From positions 232,748,001 through 232,812,000 of the forward strand of contig OZ024743.1 in assembly GCA_964016885.1 (NCBI GenBank): a DNA stretch of 64,000 nt, written 5' to 3'. The notes under the pieces were generated by a model, which was not told where the DNA came from, did not search any database, and was given only the letters and a program-made list of their open reading frames with translations. Below, piece by piece: positions 45,569 through 60,994 of the stretch (its first letter is position 1; each line of letters opens with the position of its first letter). Source of the stretch: Eledone cirrhosa (Eukaryota). Both the position numbers and the translations under genes were made by a program.

Positions 45569-46007
45569 TATATGAATATCTAAATACTTAGATGTGTATA
45601 GATATTTTCGATAAACTATGATATTTAAAAATGTGATTAGCAATTTAGGTGAAATTGTAAAGAAGATTAATTAAAAGGGTGAAGAATAAATTTTAAAGGA
45701 CAAAGCAAAATCAAAGAGGAATATATATAAAATGTTAGCAGTTAAAATTTAAATTAAATGAGAAAGGTGGGGATAAAATATATATTGAAGATATATATGT
45801 GCATTTGTGTGTTTGTGCATGTGTTTGGTTTGTGTTTATATATATATACGAATTTGTGTGTGTATGTATGCAACTGGCACTGAGACATGTGACTGCTAAC
45901 AGCCTGTGCTTCCTCTAAATATTCACACGATTTTGTAATTACTATCAGACTGAAAGATAATTAGTGTTTATGATTTTAGTGTATGTTTGGAGCAGAAGGC
46001 ACGACCG

Positions 46008-46060
46008 CAGCAGCAGCAGCAGCAGCAGGTGGTGATGGTGGTGGTGGTGGTGGTGGTAAC

Positions 46061-46120
<60 letters not shown>

Positions 46121-46175
46121 TGTTGTTGTTGTTGTTGTGGTGGTGGTGGTGGTGGTAGTAGAAATAGTAGTAGTG

Positions 46176-46207
<32 letters not shown>

Positions 46208-46280
46208 TGTAGTAGTAGTAGTAGTAGTAGTAGGAGTGTTGATGGTGGTGGTGGTGGTGGTAGTAGTAGTAGTAGTAGTA
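46008..46280 (+). repeat. Compound trinucleotide repeat (CAG/TGG/TAG/TTG)
   Basis: Directly visible. Confidence 0.95.
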
Positions 46281-46536
46281 TCATTGCTGTCATCAACATC
46301 ATCATCAAAATTATGCTGCTTACCATTTTAATTGCTTCTTATACAGGGCGGGTTAAAACATGCATAATTTACTTCTTCATCAAAATATATTCAAGTTGCT
46401 TCAGTTAACAATATTTTGTACATATGCACGTTCTTAGCTGATTTTTAGAATTAGTGCCAGACTCAAACAGAGTGTCATGACGAGTAGATTTCTATGTTAA
46501 CCTATTTTATATTTTCGTATGTCTGTTGGGTTATGT

Positions 46537-46730
46537 CAGACCTGCCAACCTCGAAAAATCCAGACGAGGAGTACCATGAAAAAGGTGCCTTCAAAACGGA
46601 GTGAAATGAGGCAAAATGTGGGGATTTTACATAATGAAAGCTATATCTATTTTCTCAAGAGAAGACATTTCTCACCCACCCCAAATGGGGTGGGAGATCT
46701 CCTCGTCGGACTGGGAGAGTTGACATGTCT
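46537..46730. mobile_element. Putative MITE (hAT-like termini)
   Basis: agacctgccaac..gttgacatgtct imperfect TIR; subterminal gacgaggag / ctcctcgtc. Confidence 0.5.
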
Positions 46731-47155
46731 CTTCTGCTGATATGTTGAATCGCGTTGAAAAGAGTTCTTGATAATGCAGGTTTGGTGCTGGATCTCCAGA
46801 GGTTGCGACGATGTGTTTCGGATGTTCGAACCACCTGCTTGTGAAATGATCATGCAAATACTTATATGAATTGAATAAACGTGAAGAATGAATCTCAAAC
46901 ATTAAGGGAAAGGTTTACCACAAGTCTCCTCGTGGATCCTCTAGTTATTTCAGTAAATATTCACCTCTTTAGTCGCATCTGAATTAAACTACACAATATA
47001 TATTCGTTTTTGATAGCAAGAGTGGTTAGTGCATACATCGACCAGGAGTAGGCATAGGAAGGAAGAATTCACTTCATATATCAACGTGAAATAATACTTT
47101 ACGTAGAAAATATGTTTAGAGTGCACTAATGGCGGGAGGAATATATAAGATTGCA

Positions 47156-47464
47156 CAGGGCCGGTTTAACGGGTGGGGGGGGGGGGCAAAAGGGGCAATA
47201 GCCTCGGGGCTCCACCACCGACGGCTGTATCAATCCATCCATTTATTTGTGTCCTCACCTAGGCTTTTTAGTTTTAGGACTTTTAGAATCTTTGAATTTA
47301 ATACCTGTATGTATAACTTTTCAATTCCAATGACTTGTGCCAAGCTAATTTTGATAAGTAAAATTCGGAAGGGGCGCAGTGTATTCTAATTTTTTTTTTG
47401 TGTATGAGACCTCACCTTCCAAATCTGAAGTGCCCCGGACCCCCAATGTCTAAATCCAACCCTG
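47156..47464. mobile_element. Putative hAT-like MITE
   Basis: cagggccggttta ... taaatccaaccctg imperfect TIR; no clean TSD. Confidence 0.55.
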
Positions 47465-48514
47465 AGGTTTGGACGTTTAAATACATCTGAGAGGTTATAA
47501 AGTAGCTGGGCGGACATGAATCTAAGCAATACAATTTTAGTTTACCTAAGCGAATAAGATATCACTTAGTTAATGTACACAACAATATACCAAGTAGTTC
47601 GTGTTATGGTTTTTGTCAATGTGAATTAAACAACTTCGTTTAACCACGCAATATATAGTTGTTTTGAAATATCATTCGAACAGAAACGGAATATCATAAC
47701 TTAAACCATATGAATCCTTTACGTCGAAGGATATAATCCTGTTTACTAACATACGATTTGAAAGAAAGAATAGCGCCCACTTTGGTCATGATTAGCCATG
47801 GGCTTAGCTCCCATGACTGACCAACCAGAGTTATTTGCATGCAATTACCTACACATGCAGGTCTCTCATTTCTAAGACACCAACATTGTTGAAAGGAGAG
47901 GTAAAGGCTGATATAGCTTGTTACCAATATTGTTGCACTTATTTCTTTTTGCTAGCTAAAGGAACTGGAGTAACGTCAAACAAAGTATCTTGCTCAGAGA
48001 CACAATCCGCCACCCAGGTACTCCTCATTACAAAATACAATTATATTCTATATAACGATATTACCATTGAAAACACCACTTGATAACCGTACATCCTCGA
48101 TATAGCAAAGCTTGTAGCACAGGTGCTGACCTACTACTTGAGATCCAGAAAACACTTCAGGTCGCAGCAACTACTAACAAAATTCAGCTTAGACCAATGA
48201 TGGTATAGTGCTCCCACATCTAAGATAGCAATGTTGCTACTGCTGTTATGGCTGCTCACGCTGCTGCTGCTGTTGCTGTTCCTGATGCTGCTGATGCTGC
48301 TGATGCTGCTGATGCTGCTGATGCTGCTTATGCTGCTGATGCTGCTGTTGGTCATGATAATGATGATTCACACACTGACATCTTAGACTGCATCCAAATA
48401 CTACTCAACTGATCGTCATGAATTTTCTCGCCAACACACTTCATATGTGTGTCTCATCACTCTCTCTCTCTCTCCCTCTCTCTCCCTCTCTCTCTATCAA
48501 TCTCTCTCTCTCCA

Positions 48515-48613
<99 letters not shown>

Positions 48614-48896
48614 CTATCTCTATCTATCTCTCTATCTATCTATCTATCTATCTCACTAGATTATTGAAGTGCTGAGGTTTGCTCACTAGTCTCTCACTAA
48701 AAGAAATCGGCTTTGAAAAAATATGGCAGATTTAAAATGTGTATGTTTATAACTTCTACAAATTCATCAAATGTTGAAGACTAAAGAAAATAAATATGTC
48801 TGTACGTATATACGTTTATATTCTCCTTTAAAAAATCTGGAAGGTTCTCAATTTAAAGGGAAGTAATCAATAAATAAAGTTGAGTGGGTAAGTGTT

Positions 48897-49135
48897 GAAC
48901 TCCTATCGGTGCTGACGGTGAATGTTCTAATTGTTTGATCAACGGAACAGAGCCTTCTCGTGAAATTAATGTGCATGTAGATGAACAGTTGCCAGGCACG
49001 TGCAGGCTTACCGTAATTCTCGGGAAGATTCAGCATGACCCAGTGTGTGACGAGGCTGGTTATTTGAATTAAAGGTACAACTCATATTTGCCAACTTAAA
49101 GGAGTAGAGCAACGTGAAAGAAAGTGAGCAACGTG
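48897..49135 (-). mobile_element. Old SINE, second family (3' part)
   Basis: Shares ttcacgttgc core and accgatag tail with 49339-49490. Confidence 0.6.
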
Positions 49136-49338
49136 AAAGAAACAATTAAACCAAGCATTTTCATAGAGCGTATATCTATTTATTAAAACAATGATTGTTA
49201 TAAGATTTGCAGTGTTTCTTTCATTTTACTGATCGGTTAAGACTGTCAGACGAATTCTACAGTAAAAAAAACTTCACTACCATTTTAGTATCGTTATAAA
49301 AAAATCATTAACATAATTTATAATATATATATGTGTGA

Positions 49339-49490
49339 GCGCGTGGGTGAGTGGTTAGAGAATTGGATTCGCAATCGTGAGGTTGTGAGTTCGATTCTCG
49401 GACCAGGCGATGCGTTATGTCCTTGAGCAAGACACTTTATTTCACGTTGCCCCTGCTACCTGGACTTGCGACCGATAGAGAGTATTAGCA
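49339..49490 (+). mobile_element. tRNA-derived SINE, second family
   Basis: A box tgggtgagtgg, B box gagttcgattct, then tgtccttgagcaagacact. Confidence 0.7.
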
Positions 49491-49653
49491 ATTGGAAAGA
49501 CCAACGGAAACATTGTTTCCTCGGTCCGATTTGACGAAAGTCGATCGACGTGTGTGTATGTGTGTGTGAAAGGTAAATAGAGATAACAACACAATCGGTA
49601 CAGTAAATAAAAGGAATATATTAGGTTAACGCTTGAAATAGCAGGAAGAGGGT

Positions 49654-49686
49654 CTTAATGTTTCGGGAGCTAGTCCTTCATCAGGA
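49654..49686 (-). ncRNA. Minimal hammerhead-like motif
   Basis: CTGATGA-aggactagctccc-GAAA-cat-TA-aga; stem I imperfect. Confidence 0.55.
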
Positions 49687-50133
49687 GAAAGAATGAGAAA
49701 TTAGATAGATTGAAGGGACGGGCGAGGTGGAATTGGAAAAAATGTTTTTAGAGAAAAATAACAGGTCCATTCATGTTGACATCTCTTTGAAAACTGTTGA
49801 TCCTGGCGATTTGTGTATGATAGATTGTTTTAGAAAAGTGGATGATTGAGCGCGTCTACCTGAAATGGAAAAAAAGCGTTTTGTATAAAGAGCTATACTT
49901 GTGCACCTGCGTAGGCGTAGAGAAAGAGAGAAGGAGAGAGAGGGGGAGAGAGAGAAAGCGAGAGACAGACAGATAGATACAAACAGTAATACAGAGACAG
50001 AGATGTGTGTGTGTAAGTTAGCATGAATTTGTTTGTATATGAGACTGTTTGTGCGTGTATGTGTGACTGTGTGTATACATGTATGTGTGTTCGTGTGTGT
50101 GTGTGTGTGTGTGTGTCTCTGTCTCTGTTTGTA

Positions 50134-50164
<31 letters not shown>

Positions 50165-50305
50165 CTATATGTCCGTGGGTGTGTATGTGTGTGTGTGTGT
50201 TTGTATGTATGAGTGTGTGTGTGTACGTGTCTATATGTGTCTGTGTGCGTGTGTGTGTATGTGTCTGTGTGTGTGTGCGTGTCTATATGTGTCTGTGGGT
50301 GTGTA

Positions 50306-50410
<105 letters not shown>

Positions 50411-50820
50411 CTATATATTTGTGTGTGCGTTTCTTTATGTCTGCCATTATGCTAACGATCTGTAACGGCAGATATCAGTTACCACCTATTAAGTACAGAT
50501 TAAACTCTCACAACCTTCAACTGACGTTTACAGATGTTCTCATGTCTATATCAATCGCCAGCTCTCATGCTGTTTCTTTCTCTAATGCTGTCGCTTGATA
50601 TCATCATTGCTATCATGCTGTTTCTGGTTATCATCTCATTTTTACTTGCATTATACCACAGCCTTTCTCTCAACACCATCATCATCATCATCATCATTAT
50701 TATTATCTACATCAACATTATTGTGATCTTCATCACCATCTGCATAAACGTCACGACCACCTTCATCATCCTCGTCGCCATCATCATCATTATCATCATG
50801 ACCATCATTATTATGACCAC

Positions 50821-51197
50821 GGCAGTGGATTGGCAGTATCGGTAGAGGGTCGGACGCCATGCTTTGAAGCATAGAATTACCTCCCTTTATGATTCAAATC
50901 CCGCTGAGGTTAACTTTGCCTTTCATCCTTACAGGGTCGATAAAATAAAGTACCAGTTATACACTGAGATAATTGCTGGCCTTGTGCCAAAAGTAGAAAC
51001 AATTATTATGACCACGGCAGTATCGGTAGAGGGTCGGCCGCCATGCTTTGACGCATAGAGTTACGGCCCTTTATGGTCTGAGTTCAAATCTTGCCGAGGT
51101 TAACTTTGCCTTTCATCCTTACGGGGTCGATAAAACAAAGTACCAGTAATACACTGGCATAATTGCTGGCCTTGTGCCAAAAGTAGAAAATTATTAT
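50821..51197 (+). mobile_element. Two tandem SINEs (50821-51002, 51016-51190)
   Basis: Meta-type core; attattatgac(c/t)ac present three times. Confidence 0.9.
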
Positions 51198-51304
51198 GAC
51201 TACATGTATAATCTTCACAAATATAATCATCCTCTCTATCTTCATCATCATCGTCATCATTCTTCTCGTCCTCGTCATCAACATCATCAATATCATCATA
51301 TAGA

Positions 51305-51487
51305 AATAATTGTTTCTACTTTTGGCACAAGGCCAGCAATTATCCAGTACATTACTGGTACTTTATTTTATCGAACCCGTAAGGATGAAAGGCAAAGTTA
51401 ACCTCGGCGGGATTTGAACTCAGAATGGCAAGGGCCGTAACTCAATGCGTCAAAGCATGGCGTCCGACCCTCTACCGGTACTGCCAA
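51305..51487 (-). mobile_element. SINE, inverted relative to neighbours
   Basis: Reverse complement of the same family. Confidence 0.9.
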
Positions 51488-51536
51488 TGATGATTAATGT
51501 TATTTTTCTTGACCTACAATAAAGTACCAAGGAGAT

Positions 51537-51990
51537 TCTTCTTCTTCTTCTTCTTCTTCTTCTTCTTCTTCTTCTTCTTCTTCTTCTTCTTCTTCTTCTT
51601 CTTCTTCTTCTTTTTCTTCCTGAGAGGGTCCTTCCAGCGGGTCCGGTCAGAAGCAACCGTCTGCAAATGATCCGACTGGATCACCAAGAGAGACCAACCA
51701 AGATCCTGGATGTTAACTAACCATCTTGCTCGAGGTTTGATCCTGGGTACCTTACCTGCTGGTTTTGCACATAACATCTATCCAACGGTTCTTTCCTGAG
51801 ACATTCTAACCACATTCCCATAATATTGGAGCTGTGATCTCTCAATTCGGAGAAGCAGAGGTTCTACCGGGAGTGATTCTTTGATCTCCGAGTTATCTGA
51901 TCTCTCTCTATCGAGTAACCTTACTCCAAAGAGCCTTCGGAAGAACCCATTTCTACCACTCGTATTCGTGACCGTATTCTTTCGATCATT
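51537..51990 (-). mobile_element. RTE-clade LINE 3' end with (GAA)n tail
   Basis: EPLLLRIERSQLQYYGNVVRM..PRARW..DRTRWK; tail 51537-51616. Confidence 0.85.
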
Positions 51991-52221
51991 ATTCAAGATA
52001 TTTGACTACAGGTAAGGGTTGGCACGAATACCGAATTGAAGATAGTGAGTTTGGCTTTTATACCTGCCTCCCTTTTTCTGATTACCGAATGCTGAAGCTG
52101 TACCAACTCCTGCGAAGGCTGGTACGAAAGGCGCCGGGTCCGTCATTGTTTTACGTATCGAGATTTCGAAATATACTCACACGCACACACGAACACAAAA
52201 ACTCTACCTCATTACTCGACT

Positions 52222-52298
<77 letters not shown>

Positions 52299-53127
52299 TA
52301 TATATATATATCTTTCTCTGTCTATCTATCTATCTATCTATCTATCTCCCTCGCTCTCTCTCTTTCTCTTCCTTTCTCTCTCACTCTCTTTCACTCTTTC
52401 TCTTTCCTTGTATATATATGTGTGTAGGTAGGTAGGTATGCGTGTGTGTGTGGGTGTGGGTGTACTTCCATGTATATATGACGTATATATAAATGAATTA
52501 TACATATACAAATATATATGTATACATATATATACTTACATACCTACGTGCATACATAGATACTTACATACATACATATATACATACATACATACACACA
52601 CATATACATACATACATACATACATACATGCATACATACATTCATACATATTTATATACATGTGTGTGTGTTTACATGTGTGAGTGTTTATCTGTGTGAG
52701 TGTATGTATGTTGGTGTGTATGTCCGGGTGTCGGTATATATACACGGAATAATTTTTTTTTCATTTAACAATGTCAATTTAGTTTTGTCAGGGAATTCAA
52801 ATCATCCCAAAATTCACCATCTGTGAAAACGATTTTAAAAGAAATAAACAGATATTATAATGAAAAGTCCATATTGAAAAGTATTGGACCCTGCTTTTGA
52901 AATTGGATACAAGGGTGCGAGAGTGGGATCTATTACAGTAATTCTGAAAGTGACAAGTTACCTAAATAGGTCTATCGTATGGTTACGAAACAGAGGGAGT
53001 AAATGGACAAAGAATTACAGTTTCTTTAAAAAATAGCCGAAGAAGAAATAAATACATCTTCAAAATATTAAAATTAACAAAATGAAAGTACTAAAGAAAA
53101 TCGAGAAAATCTAGACTGACATATGAT

Positions 53128-53232
<105 letters not shown>

Positions 53233-53994
53233 AAAAGAGTCAAGACCCCGACGGCTGAGCTCCGGCCGTTTCGACAGCTAGATCCGAACAGATTGTTATA
53301 AATATATATATATTATATATATATATATATATACACAGTTCAAGAGTAACCAATCTTAAAGAGAGAGATGGAGATAGGAGAGGAGATATGAGAGGAGAGA
53401 TTGGTGAATTAGTTAGAAGCCAAAGCGTAAAGGCATGTGCTCAATGTGCAATATGCAGTAGAAAGCAGCTAGGTGGCTGGGTTCATGCAGAGGTTAGGTG
53501 CGCAGAGCTGGAAATATTCATTAGTTAAGCAATACAAGACCACAAATTTCACAAGGAAGACATTATTAAAAGATTGTCAACATATTTTAGTTTGATGTAA
53601 GGAATGTAGAGAATAATAATAATAATAATATTAATAATAATAATGTCCGTTTACAATTGTTTCGCTACTCCATATAATATTTCTGGATCAGATGACTATA
53701 TATCATAATTGATCTGGTTCAGTTGAAAATAATTAACATATGCTGCCAAAGGACATATTTACCTTACTAATTAGAGGGTGGTTTCAGGGGAAGTAACTCC
53801 TCGAGAGATTAGACATTGTGGGTATTTATAGTTAAGTGATAATTTTTAAATGTTTTAATTGAGAGACAATATAGGGGAGGTAACATATAATTATCTAAGT
53901 TGTTCATAGCAATTTAACTTATTAGCTACAAGTAAAAATGGGGCTAGATGACTAAGTTGGGTCAAATATTCTATTGGCGAAGGAATTAGCCTTT

Positions 53995-55935
53995 CGATGT
54001 TGACAGCTAATAGTTACCTCCGTTCTATCGTTAATCGGTAGAGGTCGTGATAGAGTTATGTAATATGCTTCTGTAATACAGAGATCACAAGATTTTCTTC
54101 GTCCATTGAACGGTTGGGCCCTAGCCACGATATCCCATTTTAGTTAGTGTTGAACGTTGTTTAATTTAAGGTTTTGAATGAGCCTAGCTAGCGATGTCGA
54201 ACATCTGTTGCTAGGGTCTCGGAAGGAAAAAGAGTGCGCGTTATAGCGTACCTTAAAAGGGTTAGAGGTAGACTCGATATAAGAGCTGGTATTCGAAGCA
54301 GTTTTAACCGTGCACCTGTAGAATATGTTGGGTGTCAGGCAGTGTCCATTTAATGGGCATGCATTGGGGTAACGGCAGTTGCAGTTGCTTCTGCGGTTAG
54401 TGGGAGTAGGGTAGTTTAACCTAAGCGGTAGGTCAGTGCTAGAAGGATTAGATGGGGGAGGTGTGCTACTAGAGTAATTATTGGTGTAGTGGCGTGGTGT
54501 ATTTGATAGGGGTGGTGGTACCGCGGTGTGGGAGTTATACTGTCTTAGTTTGTGATGGTTACTGAATGCGATGTGGCTAGCTAGGTTAGGTGTTGTGGAG
54601 AATGAGATTTTAATGTTATTTTTATTAAAGAGTTTGTAATATCTATGGTTTGGGGGGGGGGGAATGTTTATATAGGATAGAGAAGAAGCGTTTTGGGATT
54701 TTAGTGGCTAGATTAGATGAGAATAGGGGGTTAAGCCAGGGGATATTTCTAGGTCTATTCCTTCTAGGGGTTCTAGTGGAGTTGGTAGGGGCTTTCCTAG
54801 GGTTATTATTACCTGGGGATTTGTTATTTGTCATCCCACTTCTCATTCCTATTCTAGGGTTGATTTTTAGTTTGCTACTTGGAGTGGGGAGCAGGCCGCT
54901 GCCACCATTAAAGTTCCCTGTATAGGTGCTGTTACTGCTAAAATTCCGGCGAATTTGGCTATATGCTAAGGTATTTCTAGTTCTAGTGTTAAGTTTATTA
55001 TGGCGAATTGCAGTTTATGGCATTTAGGTATGTAATAAATTGATTGTTCATAACCAGATTCAGAAAGAGCCTTATTATAATATTGGCATGGTTTATAAAT
55101 ATCTCCTCATTTGCTGATAGCATTGAGATCGACATAGATTTGATTACTGCTCTGATGACTGCCGGTGGGTGGTTAGAGTGTGGGCTAATATATGTGAGTA
55201 TTTCACCTGGTTTATGGTAAGGGTAATATAGGTTATTGTTGAGATCCAGGGTGACGTCTAGAAAGTTTACTACTTTATGGTTCGGCTCGATGGTGATAGA
55301 GAAACCGTTATTTTTAAAGAATCTATGTAATTGTTTTTTTAGCAAATCGATGCCCCGATTAGTGCAATTGTGGACTGCAAATAAGGAGTCATTCCTTTAT
55401 CATCCGCCTTGCAAGGATTGGATTTCGGCTCTGATGTTATGTAATAGGTAAATTCCAACTAAATCGGTGATTTGCGCGGAGTCACTTGAGCCCATCGTAA
55501 TGTCAAAGTTGTCTGTTCTATCTTTACTAGTCCAGAGTGCTCCGTTGAATTCAATGATAGTCTGCCTAGCCATAAGTGTGATGTTAATCTCATTATTGGT
55601 TATGTCCGAGTTGGTGCTGGCTAGAGTTAATGCTTTGTTGAGCAGTTCCGGGGTTATTGACGCGTAATAGCTGTCGATGTCAAATTGGATGAACCTCATA
55701 GATTGCTTGGACCTTAGATCGGAGAACCATCTAATGACTTGGCCGGTGTTGGACCACAACTTGTAGGTGATATCATCCTGTAGCCCAGGGATTATCCTAT
55801 CAAGGATGTTCTTACTGATGCGGCCCAGGTCAGATGTGGTTGGGCTTATAAGTCTAATAGATGGGTTCTCTATAAAGTTTGGCTTATGATCCTTGAGACA
55901 GAACCTTGGGGTTGTTGGTACATAAGGGTGGCTAA
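53995..55935 (-). pseudogene. Frameshifted PLE RT + GIY-YIG (Hydra-clade-like motifs)
   Basis: LKDHKPNF, FDIDSYYASI, FDITMGSSDSAQITDLVG, VNFLDVTLDL, SNHPP, CNCR..CPLNGHCL. Confidence 0.9.
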
Positions 55936-56507
55936 TTAAAAACCTTAAATTAAACAACGTTCAACACTCACTAAAATGGGATATCGTGGCTAGGGCCCAA
56001 CCGTTCAATGGACGAAGAAAATCTTGTGATCTCTGTATTACAGAAGCATATTACATAACTCTATCACGACCTCTACCGATTAACGATAGAACGGAGGTAA
56101 CTATTAGCTGTCAACATCGAGGGGCTAATTCCTTCGCCAATAGAATATTTGACCCAACTTAGTCATCTAACCCCATTTTTAATTGTAGCTAATAAGTTAA
56201 ATTGCTATGAAAAACTTAGATAATTATAAGTTAACTCCCCTACATTGTCTCTCAATTAAAAAATTTAAAAATTATCACTTAACTATAAATACCCACAATG
56301 TCTAATCTCTCGAGGAGTTACTTCCCCTGAAACCACCCTCTAATTAGTAAGGTAAATATGTCCTTTGGCAGCCATCTTGTTACCCATAGGCAGATCTCAC
56401 ACAATGCAGCCTCGACAGATGAATACTGCTTGATTATGGCTGACAACTGATGCAACCAAGACACCATAGTAAAAAAACAATATATGGAACATTATATTAT
56501 GTAACGG

Positions 56508-56692
56508 GGCGGTGGATTGGCAGTATCGGTAGAGGGTCGGGCGCCATGCTTTCCAGCATAGTTACGTCCCTTTACGATCTGAGTTCAAATCCCGCCGAGG
56601 TTGACTTTGCCTTTCATCCTTACGGGGTCGATAAAATAAAGTACTAGTAATGCACTGGGTAATTGCTGGCCTTGTGTCAAAAGTAGAAACAA
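56508..56692 (+). mobile_element. Full-length tRNA-derived SINE
   Basis: A and B boxes, Meta-type core; TSD attatattatgtaac. Confidence 0.9.
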
Positions 56693-56740
56693 TTATATTA
56701 TGTAACATTCTCTCATTATTTTAATTTATATTCCTTTGAA

Positions 56741-56860
56741 GTTTCGATGAGCCGCTCTGTCTTTTGAATATGTTAATTATTTTCAACTGAACCAGATCAA
56801 TTATGATATATAGTCATCTGATCCAGAAATATTATATGGAGTAGCGAAACAATTGTAAAC
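56741..56860 (+). ncRNA. Degenerate hammerhead ribozyme in PLE arm
   Basis: gtt-TCGATGA-gccgctctgt..atggagtagc-GAAA-caattg-TA-aac. Confidence 0.55.
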
Positions 56861-56886
56861 GGATTATTATTATTAATATTATTATT

Positions 56887-57072
56887 GGCGGTGGATTGGC
56901 AGTATCGGTAGAGAGTCGGACGCCATGCTTTCCAGCATAGTTACGTCCCTTTACGATCTGAGTTCAAATCCCGCCGAGGTTGACTTTGCCTTTCATCCTT
57001 ACGGGGTCGATAAAATAAAGTACCAGTATTGCAATGGGTAATTGCTGGCCTTGTGCCTAAAGTATAAACAAT
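56887..57072 (+). mobile_element. Full-length tRNA-derived SINE
   Basis: Same family; TSD attattaatattattatt; absent from the paired arm at about 53630. Confidence 0.9.
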
Positions 57073-57210
57073 TATTAATATTATTATTATTATTATTCTC
57101 TACATTCCTTACATCAAACTAAAATATGTTGACAATCTTTTAATAATGTCTTCCTTGTGAAATTTGTGGTCTTGTTTTGCTTAACTAATGAATATATATA
57201 TATATATATA

Positions 57211-57979
<769 letters not shown>

Positions 57980-57986
57980 GTATATA

Positions 57987-58059
<73 letters not shown>

Positions 58060-58080
58060 GTATATATGTGTATATACATG

Positions 58081-58111
<31 letters not shown>

Positions 58112-58176
58112 ATGTGTGTATATATATATATGTATATATATGTATATATATATATGTATATATATGTATATGTATG

Positions 58177-58318
<142 letters not shown>

Positions 58319-58362
58319 CATATAGAGATTACAATAATCAAAGTTCAGTTTAAATCATTTAT

Positions 58363-58411
58363 TTGCTTACAATTGTTTCCTCCAAACCGAGGTTTGGATT
58401 CTTCGGAGCAA
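58363..58411 (-). ncRNA. Hammerhead ribozyme, U4C variant
   Basis: ttgct-CCGAAGA-atccaaacc tc ggtttggag-GAAA-caattg-TA-agcaa. Confidence 0.7.
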
Positions 58412-58549
58412 CTATTTAGTGATCTATAACATACTTGACCTCCTTTTCAACACAAGAGACATATAAAAACATATGAATATATTGACCCACAGTGGGATGA
58501 CATCCATCATAATGATATAGCATGGCAATTTACATATAAAGGTTAAAGG

Positions 58550-58683
58550 ATAAAAATAAAAATAAAAATAAAAATAAAAATAAAAATAAAAATAAAAATA
58601 AAAATAAAAATAAAAATAAAAATAAAAATAAAAATAAAAATAAAAATAAAAATAAAAATAAAAATAAAAATAAAAATAAAAAT
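58550..58683 (+). repeat. (TAAAAA)n hexanucleotide repeat
   Basis: Directly visible. Confidence 0.95.
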
Positions 58684-59084
58684 GAAACATTGGCAGTTTA
58701 TGAAGATAAAGCAAGAGGAAAGTTTAGAGAAGTCAGTGTATGAAACAATCTCACTCGTAGCGTGCATGCGTGTCTTATTTATACAGGATTAGAGTGCGGC
58801 AGATTGTTACTTGTATATATACAGATTGTTACTATATATATACATATATATGGAAAGTTATATTTAAATTGTTGGGTTACAACTAGTAAATATTTATAAC
58901 TGATATAAAAGCACTCGACAAATATTTGGAGTATATTTACAATATTAAATAAATGGAAACTATATTTATAAAACCATATTTATTTCATTATATATATTTC
59001 AGGGATATCATATTAACAATATGCTATGCCTTCCTCAGACAAAATACAATATAAATTTATTTATCTATAAAACTGTTTATATTG

Positions 59085-59150
59085 TATTTTGTCTGAGGAA
59101 GGCATAGCATATTGTTAATATGATATCCCTGAAATATATATAATGAAATA
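59085..59150 (+). ncRNA. Type I hammerhead ribozyme within palindrome 58945-59192
   Basis: tattttgt-CTGAGGA-agg..cct-GAAA-tatata-TA-atgaaata; stem II covaries with 5910-5974 (aag/ctt to agg/cct). Confidence 0.8.
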
Positions 59151-59198
59151 AATATGGTTTTATAAATATAGTTTCCAGTTATTTAATATTGTATATAC

Positions 59199-59279
<81 letters not shown>

Positions 59280-59301
59280 TATATATATATACTTATATAC
59301 A

Positions 59302-59381
<80 letters not shown>

Positions 59382-59422
59382 AAAGAACACAAGAGCGTCT
59401 ACAACATCAACAGATTTTTATT

Positions 59423-59468
59423 GGCTTACAATGTTTCTTCCTTACGTACCCGTAGGATTCGTCAGAGC
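59423..59468 (-). ncRNA. Type I hammerhead ribozyme
   Basis: Copy of 1865-1909 within a relic of about 100 bp between (TA)n. Confidence 0.8.
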
Positions 59469-59503
59469 TATAAAAGGGGTTTGATTGGTGTTATATATAT
59501 ATG

Positions 59504-59590
<87 letters not shown>

Positions 59591-59649
59591 GTATATATAT
59601 ATGTATATATATATATATATATATGTATGTATATATATGTGTATATATA

Positions 59650-60856
59650 TATTTATTAAAATAACAGATTAAAGTTTAAGCAAAGAATCGCTGCTTTCAC
59701 CCTTAACGGGATCTTCTGAAACTAACAAAGTCAATCTGTAAACGCAGAAGTGGATATTTAAAAAAACGTTGCAACCGGAGGAAGACAGGAAGACGATACT
59801 TTGGTTCGTGGAAACGTTCGCAGGCAAACAACGGGAAAAAACGAATATAATACGTCATTAATAGGAGCGGTGAAAAACAATTACGCGCAAAGAGAGAACC
59901 ACGTTGATGGTATAAAAGAGGTCGTAGATTATGTTCTCTTAGGTGGTTCATAGAGACGTTCTCTGGCAATGAACGAAAAAAACGAAGATAATATGTGGAG
60001 CGTAGAGAACAATAGCACGCAAAGACAAAACCACGTAAATGGTGTAGCAGAAGTCGTAGACTAAAATTCTAACAAGGAGACCGAATGAATCTCCGCTACA
60101 GAGTTAAGAACAAAGTAAATAAATACAATACAGAAGTAATAGAAATAAATAAATACATACACGCAAACAAGTACGTACATACACAAGCATACGCAAAACA
60201 CTTACCATAGGTATACAAAACCACGCACATATAAATATGTGTGTGTGTGTATGCGTGTATACAAATAAATAAATAATTATATAAACGTATATAAATAAAT
60301 AAATGCGTATATAACAAGCACAAAAACATACCTACATGTAAATACACGAATGTTCGGAGACGTAAGTCAACCAAAACATGAAGTACACATATACAAACAC
60401 GCTACATACGTACGAACCTGCATACTCACACAGACACAAAAACTCCCGTATACACATAGCTAAACCATATGTACCAGAAAATATAAAATTATACGCCATA
60501 ACATAAACAATCAAATGTATACGTACCTTCACAAATCATACGGGTAATATATATACCTATGCAAATAAGTAATGGTATAAAGAAAACATATACTTAGCTC
60601 CCACATCAAGACGTAAAATATCCACGTATAGATCGTACTATCCGTTAGGGTATAACGTGGGGCTCTAATACAGGAAGGTTTTGTGCAATTTATGTTTACA
60701 AGCCGAAATTGCCTCAGATTTTTTGTTTAGGGTGAAAGCAGCGATTCTTTGCTTAAACTTTAATCTGTTATTTCAATAAATATTTGCTCTACGGTTCTTA
60801 TATATTTGATATATATTTATCCTTATCGAGCCCTCTTTGGATTTTAGTCTTCAAAT

Positions 60857-60860
<4 letters not shown>
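59650..60860 (-). mobile_element. PLE-type 3' region with short inverted arm (59650-59703 / 60730-60783); related pieces at 5460-5660 and 3045-3140
   Basis: Shared sequence; CAGAAGA-tcccgttaagggt-GAAA HHR-like motif. Confidence 0.6.
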
Positions 60861-60955
<95 letters not shown>

Positions 60956-60994
60956 AGGAGGTTATAGTTCACTTGAAGCATTGTGTAATGAGGT

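Larger units (their letters stand above)
53337..57195 (-). mobile_element. Decayed PLE with inverted arm (53514-54175 / 55938-57195)
   Basis: 5' end of truncated RT joined to inverted copy of the element's own 3' end; left arm lacks 56373-56768. Confidence 0.9.

Noticed and set aside
45983-46408. Gly/Ser-rich protein
   Set aside because: Compound trinucleotide microsatellite open in several frames
49339-49420. tRNA gene
   Set aside because: A/B boxes run into a SINE core; no convincing cloverleaf
52092-52136. HHR-like motif CTGAAGC..GAAAggcgcc
   Set aside because: Lacks A9, the UH cleavage site and stem I
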